Source: Octopus sinensis
Taxonomy: Eukaryota
DNA: 64,000 nt
Direction of reading: 5' to 3'
Assembly: GCF_006345805.1 (NCBI RefSeq)
Contig: NC_043013.1
Coordinates: 54,808,001 to 54,872,000, forward strand
Shown here: positions 26,040 to 39,300 of the stretch, piece after piece
How positions within the stretch are numbered: the stretch's first letter is position 1
How the letters are laid out: the number at the start of each line of letters is the position of its first letter
Made by a program: the position numbers and the translations under genes
Notes under the pieces: model-generated
Databases searched by the model: none
What the model saw: only the letters and a program-made list of their open reading frames with translations
What the model was told of the DNA's origin: nothing

Positions 26040-27193
26040 CTTTTGTCTTTTACTTGTGCCATCCTGGGGCCCAGCCTTGTAGAACTGTTGGTCAAAGAAA
26101 TCAACCCCAGTGCGTATATATCTTTTTTTTAAAGCCTGGTATTTATTCGATTGGTCACTTTTGACAAACAGCTTGGTTATGAGGATGTAACCACACCAAC
26201 ACCGGATGCAAGCAGTAGTGGGAAACAAACACAGACACAAAGATACACATATAGAAAACACTGGGTCATAAAAAAAAATTTTTGTCATGCTATTTAAACT
26301 TTTTCAGCTGATTTAGGGTAACTTTAGGTTGCTGAATCTGACATCAGTTTTCAGACAGCACGTGTAGTTTTTTAAGTTATTCACAGCATCAGCTTTTGCA
26401 ACCAATTGACAAAGTAGTTGGCCATTTGCTTTCGATTTTCATTCAAATACTAATCACTGAAACAAAAATAAATTGCCACACCAGATGAGGATTTATTTTA
26501 CTTTGTTATTGCTGTAATTATGATAAAGTTCTCCTCGCAGTAGGCTGTTGATATTAGGTTATAGTAAGCCACTCGGATTCCCTTTTCTTGATAACTGCTA
26601 ATGATGTTAAAACAAAGCACATCAAATAAAAGAGCCAAGTTATATGAAAAGTAGTTTAGTAGTAAGTTTAGGTATTTATTAAAGTGATCAATGTTTGAAA
26701 TTTAGAGATGGAAAAATTGTTTCATGACAGCCATTGTTTCAGTACATTCCATAATAATTTCAATGATTTTTTGTTTTTAGAAATATGTTTTACAGCCACA
26801 TTTACTGTTGATTAATTTTATATTTTTTAGTTTACTGATAGGCTTCCTTGAGGGTTGATTTAGGTTATTACTGTACATAAGAGCAGAAAAGTTTGTGTTA
26901 ATCACCTGATCAGCTTTTGTTACATGTGGGGAAAATTTACACCAAAATCTTTTTAATTCTTACAAGCTTTACTTTGGGTGCAGAGTTGGGGACCAAGATA
27001 AACTGTGGGCCCCTCATGTTTGTCATGAATTTTCACATTACTGTAATTTTGATAGCAGTATAATAATGATAGCGCAAAAACATGATGTGCTAGAGTAAAA
27101 ATGATTGCAGATTTGGAATCAGCACTCATGAATTACCTATGATTACCATTTCATCTAAGAGTAGCAAATATTTTGTGGCTTAGTGTAATAGAT

Positions 27194-27238
<45 letters not shown>

Positions 27239-27400
27239 ATATATATGGCAGGTTTCTTTCTGCTGCTGTCAACCAAATCCATTCACAAAGTTTGGTTCAG
27301 TCTGGCACTACAAGAGAAGATATTTGTCTAAAGTGCCACGAGGTGGAATTGAACTGGGAACCACATGGTTAGGAAGGGAACTGTTTAACCATACAGCTAA
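26040..27400 (-). mobile_element. SINE family A split in two (26040-26255 and 27190-27400) by a DNA transposon
   Basis: the two halves are collinear with family A and flank the Chapaev-like insert. Confidence 0.6.
26259..27185 (+). mobile_element. Internally deleted Chapaev3-like DNA transposon
   Basis: CAC...GTG termini with subterminal GCTGAATCTG / CAGATTTGGAATCAGC; transposase N-terminal remnants CVNHLISFCYMWGKFTPK and YFGCRVGDQDKLWAPHVC at 26894-27026. Confidence 0.75.
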
Positions 27401-27794
27401 CACTGTTTCATTTCCTTATCAGGTTGTATGTCAGACACATTGAATCTCCTCCTATCATTCCGTTTCAAGTGGGAAAACCACCAGCAATATTTAGATACAT
27501 TTTAGAATAAATCACAATTGAAATTGTTGGGAATAAATTCATCAAGTTACTTTCAGAGATGCTAAATTCGAAATTCTTGTTTTAGTCCTTTGGTACCAGC
27601 CATGGTGGGGCCACAGTCTTTAAGGATGATTTTAGTCAAATACATAACTTCCCTACCCCCATGGGGATTAGTCTGATCTTTATATTATTATTGATTTCTA
27701 TTTATTGAATGGCTGAGTTTACCTTTGGGGAGTTAACTGCCCTCAGGAAGGAAATGGCACCAGAGGGAATTTACTCTGCTACTCAGTTTTTTTT

Positions 27795-27796
<2 letters not shown>

Positions 27797-27866
<70 letters not shown>

Positions 27867-27884
27867 ACACACACACACACACAC
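27797..27884. repeat. (CT)n-(CA)n microsatellite
   Basis: directly visible. Confidence 0.95.
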
Positions 27885-29649
27885 AGAGCAAAGGTTTCTG
27901 TTTAGCAAATTCCAATTACAAGGTAATGGTCAACTCAAATCTTTGGTAGATGACTGCTTAAGGTGCTGCATGCTAAAACTGATCCTGAAACCACATGGTA
28001 GCACAGTGACCTTTTTAACCACTCAGCCTAATCTGTTCTCATTATATCAATTATAATCTATCCACTTTGAGTTGTAAGCCTGACCCAGAGACGCAATTCA
28101 ATAATTGCAGTGGTCAGTTTTGAACTCATGGCTAACATGGTCAGGAGTCAATAGGGGAACCTGTATGTATGTTAGAAATAACAAGCACATCCTCCTGAAA
28201 TCACCCCCAACAGTGTTACCATAGATATATGATGCTTGAGAAAATAAGATGGCATGGTCATGGAAGGAATATCTTTGATTGTTTCAGTCAAGACTGACAG
28301 CGAAATAAACAACAGCAATAACATTAATGTGCCGACCATTGTAGATCACCTCCAGATTTGCCTGTCGTACATTCTGACACAGATTGTGGTGCCAAATGGG
28401 AACAGAGAACTCTTCAGATAATAATTAGAGTTCTATAGACTGAAATAAAGTACAGTATCACTCGTTTTCTCCAACGCCAAAACATTGATCTATTGCCAAG
28501 AATATAAGCTACTCATATTTGTATTAAGGTCTTTTATAAAGAAATTCAATTTTAGGCAGAACTTTTAAATGTCAAAGTTCATATTATATATCGTTACTAA
28601 TTTTCATTGATATAGAATATATTATCATTATACTTAGAAAAAAAAAGAATGAAACATTAATAGAATCTCAATTGAATAATGGTTCGAGATGGAAGAGAGG
28701 TAGAACATGGCAGCAGCAAAGATAGAGTTTCAAGTAAACATCAAGTTGAAAATATGCCAATTTTCTGTGTGATTTTCAGGCTCATTACTGTCATGCTGAT
28801 CATGATCATAATTATAGTGAAATATCTGGAAACTGATAGTTTAGTGGCCCAGCTCAGATAGCATCACTGATTAGCTATTATTTCATGTAGTTGATGCTTG
28901 TAAATAAGTAGATTTATAATCAAAACAGTCAAGATTTGGAGTGGAAATGTACCACACAACAAACTAACCGAGACAATTGACAAAGCTGATAAAATTACAA
29001 ACAATGGAATTGTAAAATGTCATGGCTGCACAAACCAGAATAAATAGAGTGCAACTTGTTGTTGTTCACAACACAATCTTGAAATAAAGATGCCAAATTG
29101 TTGGGCCTCAGCTTATACCTAAGAACTAACCAAATAGCAATTATCTAGTAATTAAGACTGTTACACAACTTACTATTACACCCAACAGTTGTCAATGATA
29201 CAGACTGTTGTGATTTATGGCTTAAATGACAAATCCTGTGAAAGGAAACCAGTTTTAAAACTACATTACTGCAGCAAAATCATTTGAATTACTGGAAATT
29301 TATGGAGGAAAGGACTGCCAATTGGCAAAAAAAAGGCAATGAAAATATAAAATATAACTAATATTTTTGTCAGGGAAGGAGGCACAGTGCTTTTATTATG
29401 TTTTGGGGAGGGAAGTGTCTTCTTTGATTTAGGCTTTGTAAAATATAATGTGTACTTTTGATTCATTTTGAGAGGACTGAAGGGAAACCAAAGCCAGAAA
29501 TGAGACTGTTTACTTTTCAAGTGTGATGTTTAAAACCTACTTTTGCCAAACTTTTAAGGAATAAATTTCCATATTGGAAGAAATATCATCAATGAAAGTG
29601 AATCAGTAGAAATGATGCTGGCGTTTTTGATGCTTTGAATAGTTTTGTC

Positions 29650-29965
29650 CTTTTACTTCAGCTTAAACTGGTCCTCTGCCAGTTACGATAATAAGGGTTC
29701 CTGTTGATCTTATCAATGGAACAACCTGCTCATGGAATTAATGTGGCTGTGAATGCCAGAGACATGCATGACCTTTAACATACTTCTCGGGGAGATTCAA
29801 TGTGGCACAGAATGTGACAACAGTGGCCCTTTGAAATACAAGTGCAACTTATTTTTGACAACTGAGTGGACAACAACAATGTGAAATAAAGTGTCTTGCT
29901 CAGAGAATTGAACCCATGAGCTTACAGTCGTAGGCTGAATAGCCTAACCGATAAGCAGTGCACCA
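29650..29965 (-). mobile_element. SINE family G (tRNA-CORE head)
   Basis: GTGAAATAAAGTGTCTTGCTCA and GGAACAACCTGCTCATGGAATTAA; homologous to 51388-52110. Confidence 0.7.
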
Positions 29966-30297
29966 TCACAACTTCAGCTTAGACTTCAGAAAGTTCAGCT
30001 GTGAATTGCTTGGATGGCTCCTGTAAGATCAGCATTAGAAATAGAAAGAAAGAAAGAGACAGAGAGAGAAAAGGGGAGACAGAGAGAGAGGGAGATAATT
30101 GTTTTGTGTACTCTACGTTTACATGTAATATCATGTATAATATCATGTATACACATGCCTACATACACACACAAGAGGCACTCCATGAAAGGCACTCACC
30201 TAACTGTGTAGAAGTCATCAAAAGAGGTTTTCCACTAAGAAATCATTTGTACATGGTAGGGAGCAAAAGAAGGGAACACAGGAAGTTTGGGGAGAGT

Positions 30298-30336
<39 letters not shown>

Positions 30337-30479
30337 TGTGTGTGTGTGTGTGCGCTCTGTTGGAAATAAAATGGACAGCAAATATTGTTGTTATTATCAA
30401 CAAGTATGACTCTTTAATGACCGAAACAGATTGATTAGTGATGGAGAGGGGGAGGAGGAAGGATAGTAAATTCAACTTG

Positions 30480-30989
30480 GGTGTTGGGAGGAGGTTGATG
30501 AGTGGCATAGAGGGGGGAACTTACAGGAATGGAGGAGAAGAGAGATTTTGATCCAGAGAAAATAAATGCTTTTGGTGTTGATGTGGAGGTTAGAGAGATG
30601 AATGGAGGTGAGGATGGGGTTTGTATAAAACTGCCAACATCACCTTTTTAGAAAGAAGTTAATGTATTGTGTGGGTGGAGTCTTAACAAATATGATTGAG
30701 TCTGAGAGGGTGAGAGAGGAATATAAGATTGGATGGCAATGAAAGGCGGCGGCAGATAGGTAACCATTGGAAGCACATTGAAGAATCTAGGTGTAGAGGG
30801 GATTGACTGTAATTCCTTTTAGGAGACCTTTTCACTTCTTTGAAAAGGAATATTTTGGTGAAGAAGGAGAAGAATAAGCCCTGACCCGTGCATTGCCTTT
30901 AACCCCTATGCTGACTCTTTTGAGTAGGTTTGTTGGAAGAAATTTATAGAGACAGAAGAAATAGATTCATTCATCAAATGAACTTTATC

Positions 30990-31031
<42 letters not shown>

Positions 31032-31260
31032 GATATGATGTCTAAGTGAAACTAAGGTGAGACCAAGGCAGCAGGTTATGCTAAAGACAAAATATCTGTA
31101 ATCTGAAGAGAATGGTTGATGGAGGAAAGATGATAGTTGGGTCATCAATTTACATTTAATAATGCTAAACAATGATAGAAACTCAATGTTTAGTTTTTCT
31201 GTCGAGTTAGTGGAAGGATTTGTGAGAAACCGATTTTCTTCCATGTCCATCAACTCTGCA
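30480..31260 (-). mobile_element. Decayed CR1/L2/Jockey-like LINE ORF2 3' relic
   Basis: frame-broken motifs ENRFLTNPS and TQYINFFLKR.WQ resemble the post-RT and C-terminal regions of CR1-group LINEs. Confidence 0.35.
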
Positions 31261-33599
31261 TTGCCTAATCTAAAATATAGCTTTGTAATAACAAAGTTAT
31301 TCTATTAATGGCATTTTTCTTTATACAGAGTGGATCCAAAAGTCACTCAGGTTTAAAATCCAATGCTTCTGATTTATTCTTGTGAGGATTCTTGAAGAAG
31401 CCCGTGCACAGCAATCGTCCAAGGAACCATCCACAGCAGAAATTTGGAGTCTGAAACCGATTGTTTCGTAAACTCTCATAGAACTTACTCAAAAAAGGGA
31501 CCCAACTTCACAAATGGAGGGTTCTGTGTACCCAATGTTTTTATTTTTTTATTTTTGAGTAAAATAAATTTCTATTTATTGTTCAAAATTAATGATGAAA
31601 GTCAGAAATAATAGCCTCTTAGCTTCTGGGTGAGTTTTGGCCCAGCCTGTTTTCAAACAAATATCACTTGGTGAACTTTTGTGTTATATTCACAGAAAGT
31701 ATTTTATGATAGAAATCTAGAAAGTGTATTCTTTATTTTCTAGTTTCATATACTGCATCCAGCCATAAAATTCACACAAAAACTGACATTGGAGGATGAC
31801 GCAGTTCTCTAACCCATTGGATCCTGTTGAATCAATGAATCCATTCCGGCATGGAAGAAATACGTTAAAAGATGATGATGGCAACAACAATGACAATGAT
31901 GATGATGATGATGATGATGAACTAGCAGCCATAACCAAGCAATTGACAACCCCCTCACCACTGAAGTATCCTCTTTTCATTATAAATTACTCGTCAGTTA
32001 ATTTGAACTGCATTTAAATAAAATATTACAAAATTGTCTCTACTGTTCTTTTATTATCTTTATATATGGCACTTATGATTATTGTCCTTTTGGCTATCCA
32101 TAATGTACACAGCTTTATATTTCTTTTGTTCATTTTCTCTTTTACTCTGGCAAGGATTACATGAAAATGAATTTCTATAAACGCACATCATTAGAATTTA
32201 TTCATCACAACACACCCACATATAAATTGGTACATACATATATACAAGCAGCAGTTTCTATGTATATATTGGTACCAACACACATCTTCTCACTGTAGAC
32301 ACACTGATCTGAGAACAGAATAATGAATTCATTGTCAGTGTTGCAAATAGACACTATTACTTCCATATACATAACTAACACATTTACAATTGTCACTGAA
32401 AGTCATTACTAACAAACCACCTGCATCTTTCATGTAATTCTAAAGTGATTCATTTAATATTCAATAATTAATCAATAAAACAATCAGCTGGAAGTGAATC
32501 ATTAAAAGAATTAAGACAAGACTTGGGAATTACTGAACATTTAGAAAAGGAATAAAATGTTGTAAACCATAGAGTTCAGTAGGATCTGAGCTATCAAATA
32601 AAATGCTAATTCAAAGAACTGAGACAACCATTATTGTTCGCAATCTTGGAATCACTGATGTAGATGTGTCGATGCTTTTAAAAAGAAACAATCCAAATTT
32701 TGTAAACAGAGCTGAAAAGAATTACTTTAAAAGAATTATTTTAAAAGCTCTGTTATTTTGAGTTTTAAATGTGGAATACCAGAATTTATATAAATTTTCT
32801 AAAAGAATCTAAGAATTCTATAACCATTCTCCATTATTTTAGAAAAGGAACAAAACAGAATATCTTTATAAGCTTATTATTACCAAAATAAAACAAAACA
32901 AAAATAAAGTTAATTGCGAAGAGAATTAATATAAACAAGTTTTAAAGTTTGAAGATCAAACACCTATGTAGTTAAACTTGAAAAAGAGATGGTTTTAGTT
33001 TTCAATCAAAGATAGTAGCCAGTAGTCCATAAGTCATGACCAATATAATTGAATAAACTCCAAAAGCTAGTGATTTACATATGAAATATTATAATTCTTT
33101 CCCATTCTTTGAGTTTATTTTTGAAATAAAATATTAGATCATAGAAAATAGAAAACTTTAAAGAATTGTTGTGAAGTCTTACTTTGTTTATTTATTTCAA
33201 AGATAAATAATATGTTGTTGCTTTATCAAGAACTGTTTTCTTTGGAAATTGAAAAACAATTTTTGCTTATTTAATTACATAACTACAGCAATATTAGTCA
33301 CTAATGAGTTTGTTTAAAAGTGAGCAAATGATAACAAATTAGCATCAGTTAAAAATTATTCTTTATATATTTCAATGTCAAAAAATATCTTAATTCAAAT
33401 TAGTGAGTTGAAATCTAATTTTCAAATTAACTTTTGAAATAATATATTCAAAACTGTAAGCAAATCAGAAGTGTTACAGTTCAAAACTCATTGAAGATTT
33501 GTGGAAGTACAATGGCTGAGTGAACATGTTGGACAATGGATTTATATATTGCAAGCTCAAACCTGGAGAGTGTGGTCCTATGTATTTCTAATCAGGGGG

Positions 33600-33960
33600 G
33601 GGGGTCACCAAAGTGCTTGGTGCAGGGATTACGGTGAGAATGAAGAAGTGGAAGGCAATCCAGTAAGCAGTGGAATAACTGAAACACACAGGCACTTGTG
33701 AGTGTGAAAGAGGACAGAATTAGATTTGAAAATGCTACAAGTGACTATGACAGAGGGGAAGAAGAAGAAGTAGGAGGCGATGTAAGAAACAGTGGGAGAA
33801 GAATGAGCAATGCAGGAATATAGATCCTGCTTGAAATAGGAGCAGGCAATGGAGTGAAATATTACCAGGTGGAACACTTGTATGTGGAACCCACACAGAG
33901 GATCCAAGTTCTGATTCATGGTCTCTATGATGTCCTCCCAATCTCATCTCACTGATTTAT
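33600..33960 (-). mobile_element. Decayed CR1/L2-like LINE C-terminal relic
   Basis: reading NQNLDPL...LVIFHS...FFFPSV weakly resembles the CR1-group C-terminus; GC higher than flanks. Confidence 0.3.
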
Positions 33961-34249
33961 ATAAGGCTTAGTGAAAACGTGTGTCCTTTGTATTCTAAGA
34001 CAGTGACCCTTGTGCACATCCTAAGCAGCTGCTCCAAGTGCTAGGGGTTGGAGCATTATATATATATATATATGTAGTAAGCATGCATGCACACCTACAT
34101 GTGCAGTGATAAGAACTGACTTGGATCATGACGATCTATCCAACCCATGTCAGCAAGGAAAGTAGAGGTAATAAGATAAGGATGATTCATTTTTAATGTA
34201 TGGATACAGAAGTATCTATCGATTCTTGTTGGATGTCATTTGAGAAAGG

Positions 34250-34560
34250 TGCTGCTAGCCATTGTAGAACATATATAATTGAAAGCAAATTCCATCTTCA
34301 TTCTTTAACTTTTGTACCAACTTTGGGAAATAATCAGCTAAACTTTACAATTTTTGAAACATTATTAGAATTCTTTTTAGATTCTGAGGTCTTTGATACA
34401 CGTCACTAATTGGTGTAACTGATGTGGCAAAGCAACGTCTTGTGATGGTGGCAGGGGATGTGGTGTAGTACTTTACTGGATAATTACCATTGGGTCTATG
34501 CTGGGAAACTATCAGGGATATTTTGTTGAGGATCTCATTGAGGTGTATTAAGATATACAT
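34250..34560 (-). mobile_element. Penelope-like ORF fragment (RT-thumb to GIY-YIG linker)
   Basis: LNKISLIVSQH...VYQRPQNLKRILI resembles the conserved PLE linker motif YRRPKNLRDIL. Confidence 0.45.
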
Positions 34561-35063
34561 ATCTCACTAAGACCAACTTGACCTTTCATTCTTTTAATGG
34601 TTGTGGAGTGGGGAGGCGAAGGAAAGTGTGTTAAATTAATGCAAAACATGTCTTATTGTGTCTGGTATCTGACTCAGCTCTCTGAATTCAAACTTCAATG
34701 CCTTCAGCAACACTGTTGTGATATTGGAATTCCCTTCCCCTTGGATAGCATCAGTGGCATGGAATGACGAAACTTACATGCATAGGAAACTGCCAGAAGA
34801 ACTTCATAAGTACAGAAATCTATGGCCAGCCCAGACTGAAGAGAGCCCTGGAGTATATAGTATTTCAGTTTATCTCCTGGAGATATTTGTTTTTGTTTTT
34901 TATAGTTGAAACAGCTGTAGAGTTTATAATGAAATTACGAAACATCTGTGAAATCTTTCTGTTTTTATCTATTCTGAATGAATTGAACTTTATCGGTAAA
35001 AGAATATAATTTATTTATGATACTGACATACACACATATTGTACATGCAAACATACACGTATT

Positions 35064-36311
35064 CAGAGGTTGGACAAAATAATGGAAACACCTAGCATCA
35101 TAGCATCATAATTTTGAAATATCTATAAAACCGTCAAAAGCCTGTTTGATTTTTATGTTTTTTGATTTATTATTAGTGTTGCTTAATATGTTTTGCTAAA
35201 ATTGCCGTTTCTTTTCAGATATCAGAAAAAGGTAATTAAAATCCATTGAAATGACAGCTATTGGACTTTCAAAGAAGTCAAATTGATGGTGCTCATATAG
35301 AAGATGCTAGCGTAATGAAAACAGCCGAAATGCTTGGTGTATCAAGAAGTACTGTCTCAAAAGTAATGACAGCTTTGAGAAAGAGGGAAAAACCTCCTCA
35401 TTGAAACAAAACTACAGAAGAAAACCAAAACTTTCAGATAGGGACTGTCAGACTCTTATGCAAATTGTTAGAAAGGATCACAAAAGTACAACTCCCAAAA
35501 TTACTGCAGAGATTAATGACCACCTTGAGAAAACTGTTCGCCAGGAGCTGCACAAAGTCAGATTTCACAGGAGAGCTGCAATCAGAAAACCACTACTTTC
35601 AAACAAATGTTGCAAAGCATTTAGAGAGGAGTAAAAACCTACAGAATTGGTCCCTAGAGCAGTGGATGAATGTTATTTTCTCGGAAAAGTCATCCTTTAC
35701 CTTATTTCTGACCACAGGCCAAATATATGTGTGGAGACAGCCAAATGAAGCTTTTGACCCAGACTGCCTTCTTCTAACTGTTAAACATGGAGGAGGATCT
35801 GTGATGATCGTGGCGGGGGTCTATATCTTGGAAATCTGCCAGCTCAATGGTTTCCCTTCATGGCAGAATTGATAGTCAAGACTATTTAAGCATTTTATCT
35901 AGTCAAATTCATCCCATGTTTGTGGAACTGTTTCTGGTGGGAAACACAATCTTTCAGGATGGTAATGCACCAATTCACAAAGCTAAAGTTGTTACTGAAT
36001 GGCACAAGGAACATTCTAGTAAAGTTGAACATCTTATCTGGCCACCACAGTCTCCAGATCTCAATATTATTGAATATTTATGGTGCATTTTAGAAAAACA
36101 AATAAGGAGTTGATATCCTCCACTATAAGAACTGGAGACTGTTTTAGCTGAAGATTGGACAAATATTCCTTTTTGGAAACAATTCAAACTTTGTACAAGT
36201 CCATAGCTCATAGAATTCATGCTGTAATTACTGCCAAAGGCAGTCCTACCCAATATTAAAATAAATTTGTTTGAAATTTTAAGGTGTTTCCATTATTTTG
36301 TCTAGCCCCTG
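35064..36311 (+). mobile_element. Full-length decayed Tc1-like transposon, DD36E (Incomer-like)
   Basis: 30-bp TIRs CAGAGGTTGGACAAAATAATGGAAACACCT (35064-35093) and AGGTGTTTCCATTATTTTGTCTAGCCCCTG (36282-36311), 27/30 match; TA on the right flank. Confidence 0.95.
35251..36259 (+). pseudogene. Tc1-like transposase pseudogene (frameshifts, stops, mutated catalytic Asp residues)
   Basis: GVSRSTVSKVM HTH, VIFSEKSSF, TVKHGGGSVM, FQDGNAPIH, WPPQSPDLNIIEYLW. Confidence 0.93.
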
Positions 36312-39300
36312 TATATATACGTACATAAAGAGTGAGAGAGAGGAAGAAAGGGGGATACATATTTACAAATATCTGTCCCTATTTTGGAAGAAGGGAGAAT
36401 CAAGAATCCTCAACACCAGATAGAGTCACTCATGCCTCAGCTGTTACTTTATTGTTAAGGAGAAATGGTTTGTACTCCCTTCCATTTCTTTTCCTTAGAA
36501 AATAGTTTTAAAAGGATATAAAAAAAAATCCAGCATTTTAAAGCTTTGGGTAAGTTCAATAAACTGTTTGTGTTGAGATTGAATATAAAATATGATTTAT
36601 TAAGAAAGACTAAATTTATGAGGTATAATTATTTGCTGTTAATCTTTAAGATATGAAGACCGAAACACAGGCATTGTGCTGCAAGATAATGCTCACATAA
36701 ACAAACTAATGATATCAATAAAGTATTTTGCATCTAGAATAAAGCCCAAAGCCTTTTAAGTAAACGTTGTTAAGATGCTTTCCAATACTAAATCTTTAGG
36801 TTAGTAAATGCCAATGTTAAGCAAAAAATTTGTTGCTTTTGTACAAAATAGCAGAAAGTTTTACAGCAACTCACTTATCAATGTTAAATGTATAAAAGAG
36901 AATACGTGAATGAAACTAAGGTCAAAGTTGCTTTGTTATATAAATGCTATGAAAACTAGTCTTTGTATAACAATATTCTTTCAAGACTGAAGCTATTGAA
37001 ATATTATGCAAAGTAGATAATAATTATTCCCAGATATGTTTTATTTCATGAAATAAGATAGAGGAAAGGTAAAATATTAGTTTGCAAGAATATCTTAGAA
37101 TTAATGGTGGTATATTCTTGCAAGTAATTTTGGTATTGTGACTCCAGAGGTTTAAGTTCACACAGTGCTTATGTGTGTTCATTGTTTAGCAAAGTAACTG
37201 TGAAGAATAACAAAAAGTAAATGATGGGAATGATAAAGTGCAAAAGATAAACACGGCACCAAAGATGGTAGGACTTCACTGAGATAGGGTACTGGGGTTA
37301 AACAATGTTTCTGTTCAGAGAAACAAATAATGGAGCTGAACAACAGCTATTTTAGAAGGCTTTGGACTGATCTCACACACATAAACACACACATAAACAC
37401 ACACTCACACACACATAAACACACTGTCTTCTAAATACACTAATTGTACATTAGTAGTTGGTTTCATGTTTTCATAACTATTCATTTTTAGCCTCTTTGG
37501 TCAGTATAGTGGTTTGTTAGTGGTGTAGAGAGATGATATATATATGTGTGTGTATGTATGTCTTGCAGAGCATATAGTCGTGTTTTATAAATATGTATGT
37601 ATAAATTACACAGTGATGTATTTGCAGTGGGTTGTTTGATGTTGTTGCCTGTGGAGCATGATGTATAGTAGTGATGTATGTATAACAGTGTGTGAATAGG
37701 GAGTGATGTTGTATGCATAGTGGGGTTTTGCAGCAAATTGTTATTAAAGCCCAGGTTAGCTCTGAGCGAACAAGCCTATAATGAAAGAGATTTCAGCCAT
37801 GACCAAACAATCAGATTATATCAGGGATTACAATATATCCTTCAGAAAAGGATTTGAGAGGCATTTGGCTGTTATGTTTAGAAGGTAGAGCAACTACACA
37901 AAAGTTCGCACATCTTTTCCTATCAATGTGTGTGTGTGTGTGTATGTGTAGTTGTGTGTAGTAGTTTCTAATTAGTGGAGTGTGTGTGTGTGTGCGTAAG
38001 CTTGTCTATGCACCATTACTTGTGTGTGTGTAACAATGTATATGTAATAGTATATACGTGATGCTGCAATGTATGTGTAGTAGTATAGGCGATAGCACAA
38101 TGGTGTATAAGCATTTAATCACCTGACATTCTAAGTTGACCAATGAACACATGACTGGACATAACTGGACTCATTTGCCTCTCGTACCAATCTTTGTAAT
38201 TCTCTCTCCTGTCTTTGATACATTTCTCCCTGTCAGCACTTCACTTACTTAAACAAGAAACTTCAAATAGTTTTCATCTATAGATATGAAAAATAAATTA
38301 TCTTTGATTTGCACAAGATCTAAAATTACCTGCGTTAAACTTGTAATTTTTAGCCAAATGCTTTTAACTTCCTTCTCAACTTTCTCTGTTTTTTGGTGTT
38401 GTTGTTGTTAATAGAATAGTAAATACAGTCTTTGTGCTGCAGTTTTATGTTAGTTTATTTTTTAAAATATTTTTTTCCTTCGTTGATTGGCTGCAATAAA
38501 AGTTGATGGCATCAATAACAAATCTGATTTCCAGCATTGAGTTCAACAATCTTTTCACTGCCGACCAAGTAGTTTGGAATATATTGATATAATAATCACA
38601 ATTATGAAATATGAATGTTATAAATGAGAGAGAGAAAGAAAAAAATTATTTCTAAAAATACGTCTGTCTGCTGAGGCTCTATAAATCGCAGCTCATAAAA
38701 GGATTTTAAAAACTAAAAGGAAAAGAAAAATAAATCTGTTATTTTATTGATGTCAGCTAATTATTAATCTATATTTCCTTGTTAGGAAGAAAAAATGGCG
38801 ATGAGTCTATCAAGTATATTTTAAGATACAATATTAGAATATTCACTGGTTGTGTTTGTTAATTATTCTACACAGATACATCTAAGGGTTCCAGTAAATG
38901 GAAGATAAATTTCTTTGAGAGCATCTTACCGTTCAGATCTTTTTATTTTGTTCTAGATTTGAGTTTAATTTTGGCTGTTGGCAGTTTATTGGTTTGATGG
39001 AATACATGAACATAATGCAGATGAGAGGAATTGTTTTGTATAGATAGGAAGGAAGGAAGTCATTAGTCTCAATCAGATCAATCAGGTCAGTTCTGATTCA
39101 GTAAGTAGGCCGGTAGATAATTAGTCAAACGGCTCAGATGCAATCCACCAATTCAAATAGAGAAAGTTACGCCTATGTGGTGAACAAATTTGTTTTAGAA
39201 TCACAGAATTCTGGATTTGATTCTATAACCTTAGACTGAACATGTCTTTGAAGGTGAAACTTATCTGATGCGAGTTCAATTCCCTGCTGAAGTTGAACCA

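Noticed and set aside
28930-29220. Possible second R4-like relic (VMAAQ...)
   Set aside because: Similarity too weak; the CCHC motif is not recoverable.
29208-29235. PBX-HOX (TGATTTATGG) plus MEIS-like (TGACA) sites
   Set aside because: Chance occurrence is plausible at this AT content and there is no conservation data; the region may be a decayed LINE.
31322-31520. TATACAGAGTGGATCCAAAAGTC mariner-like terminus
   Set aside because: No matching second TIR or transposase motif found.
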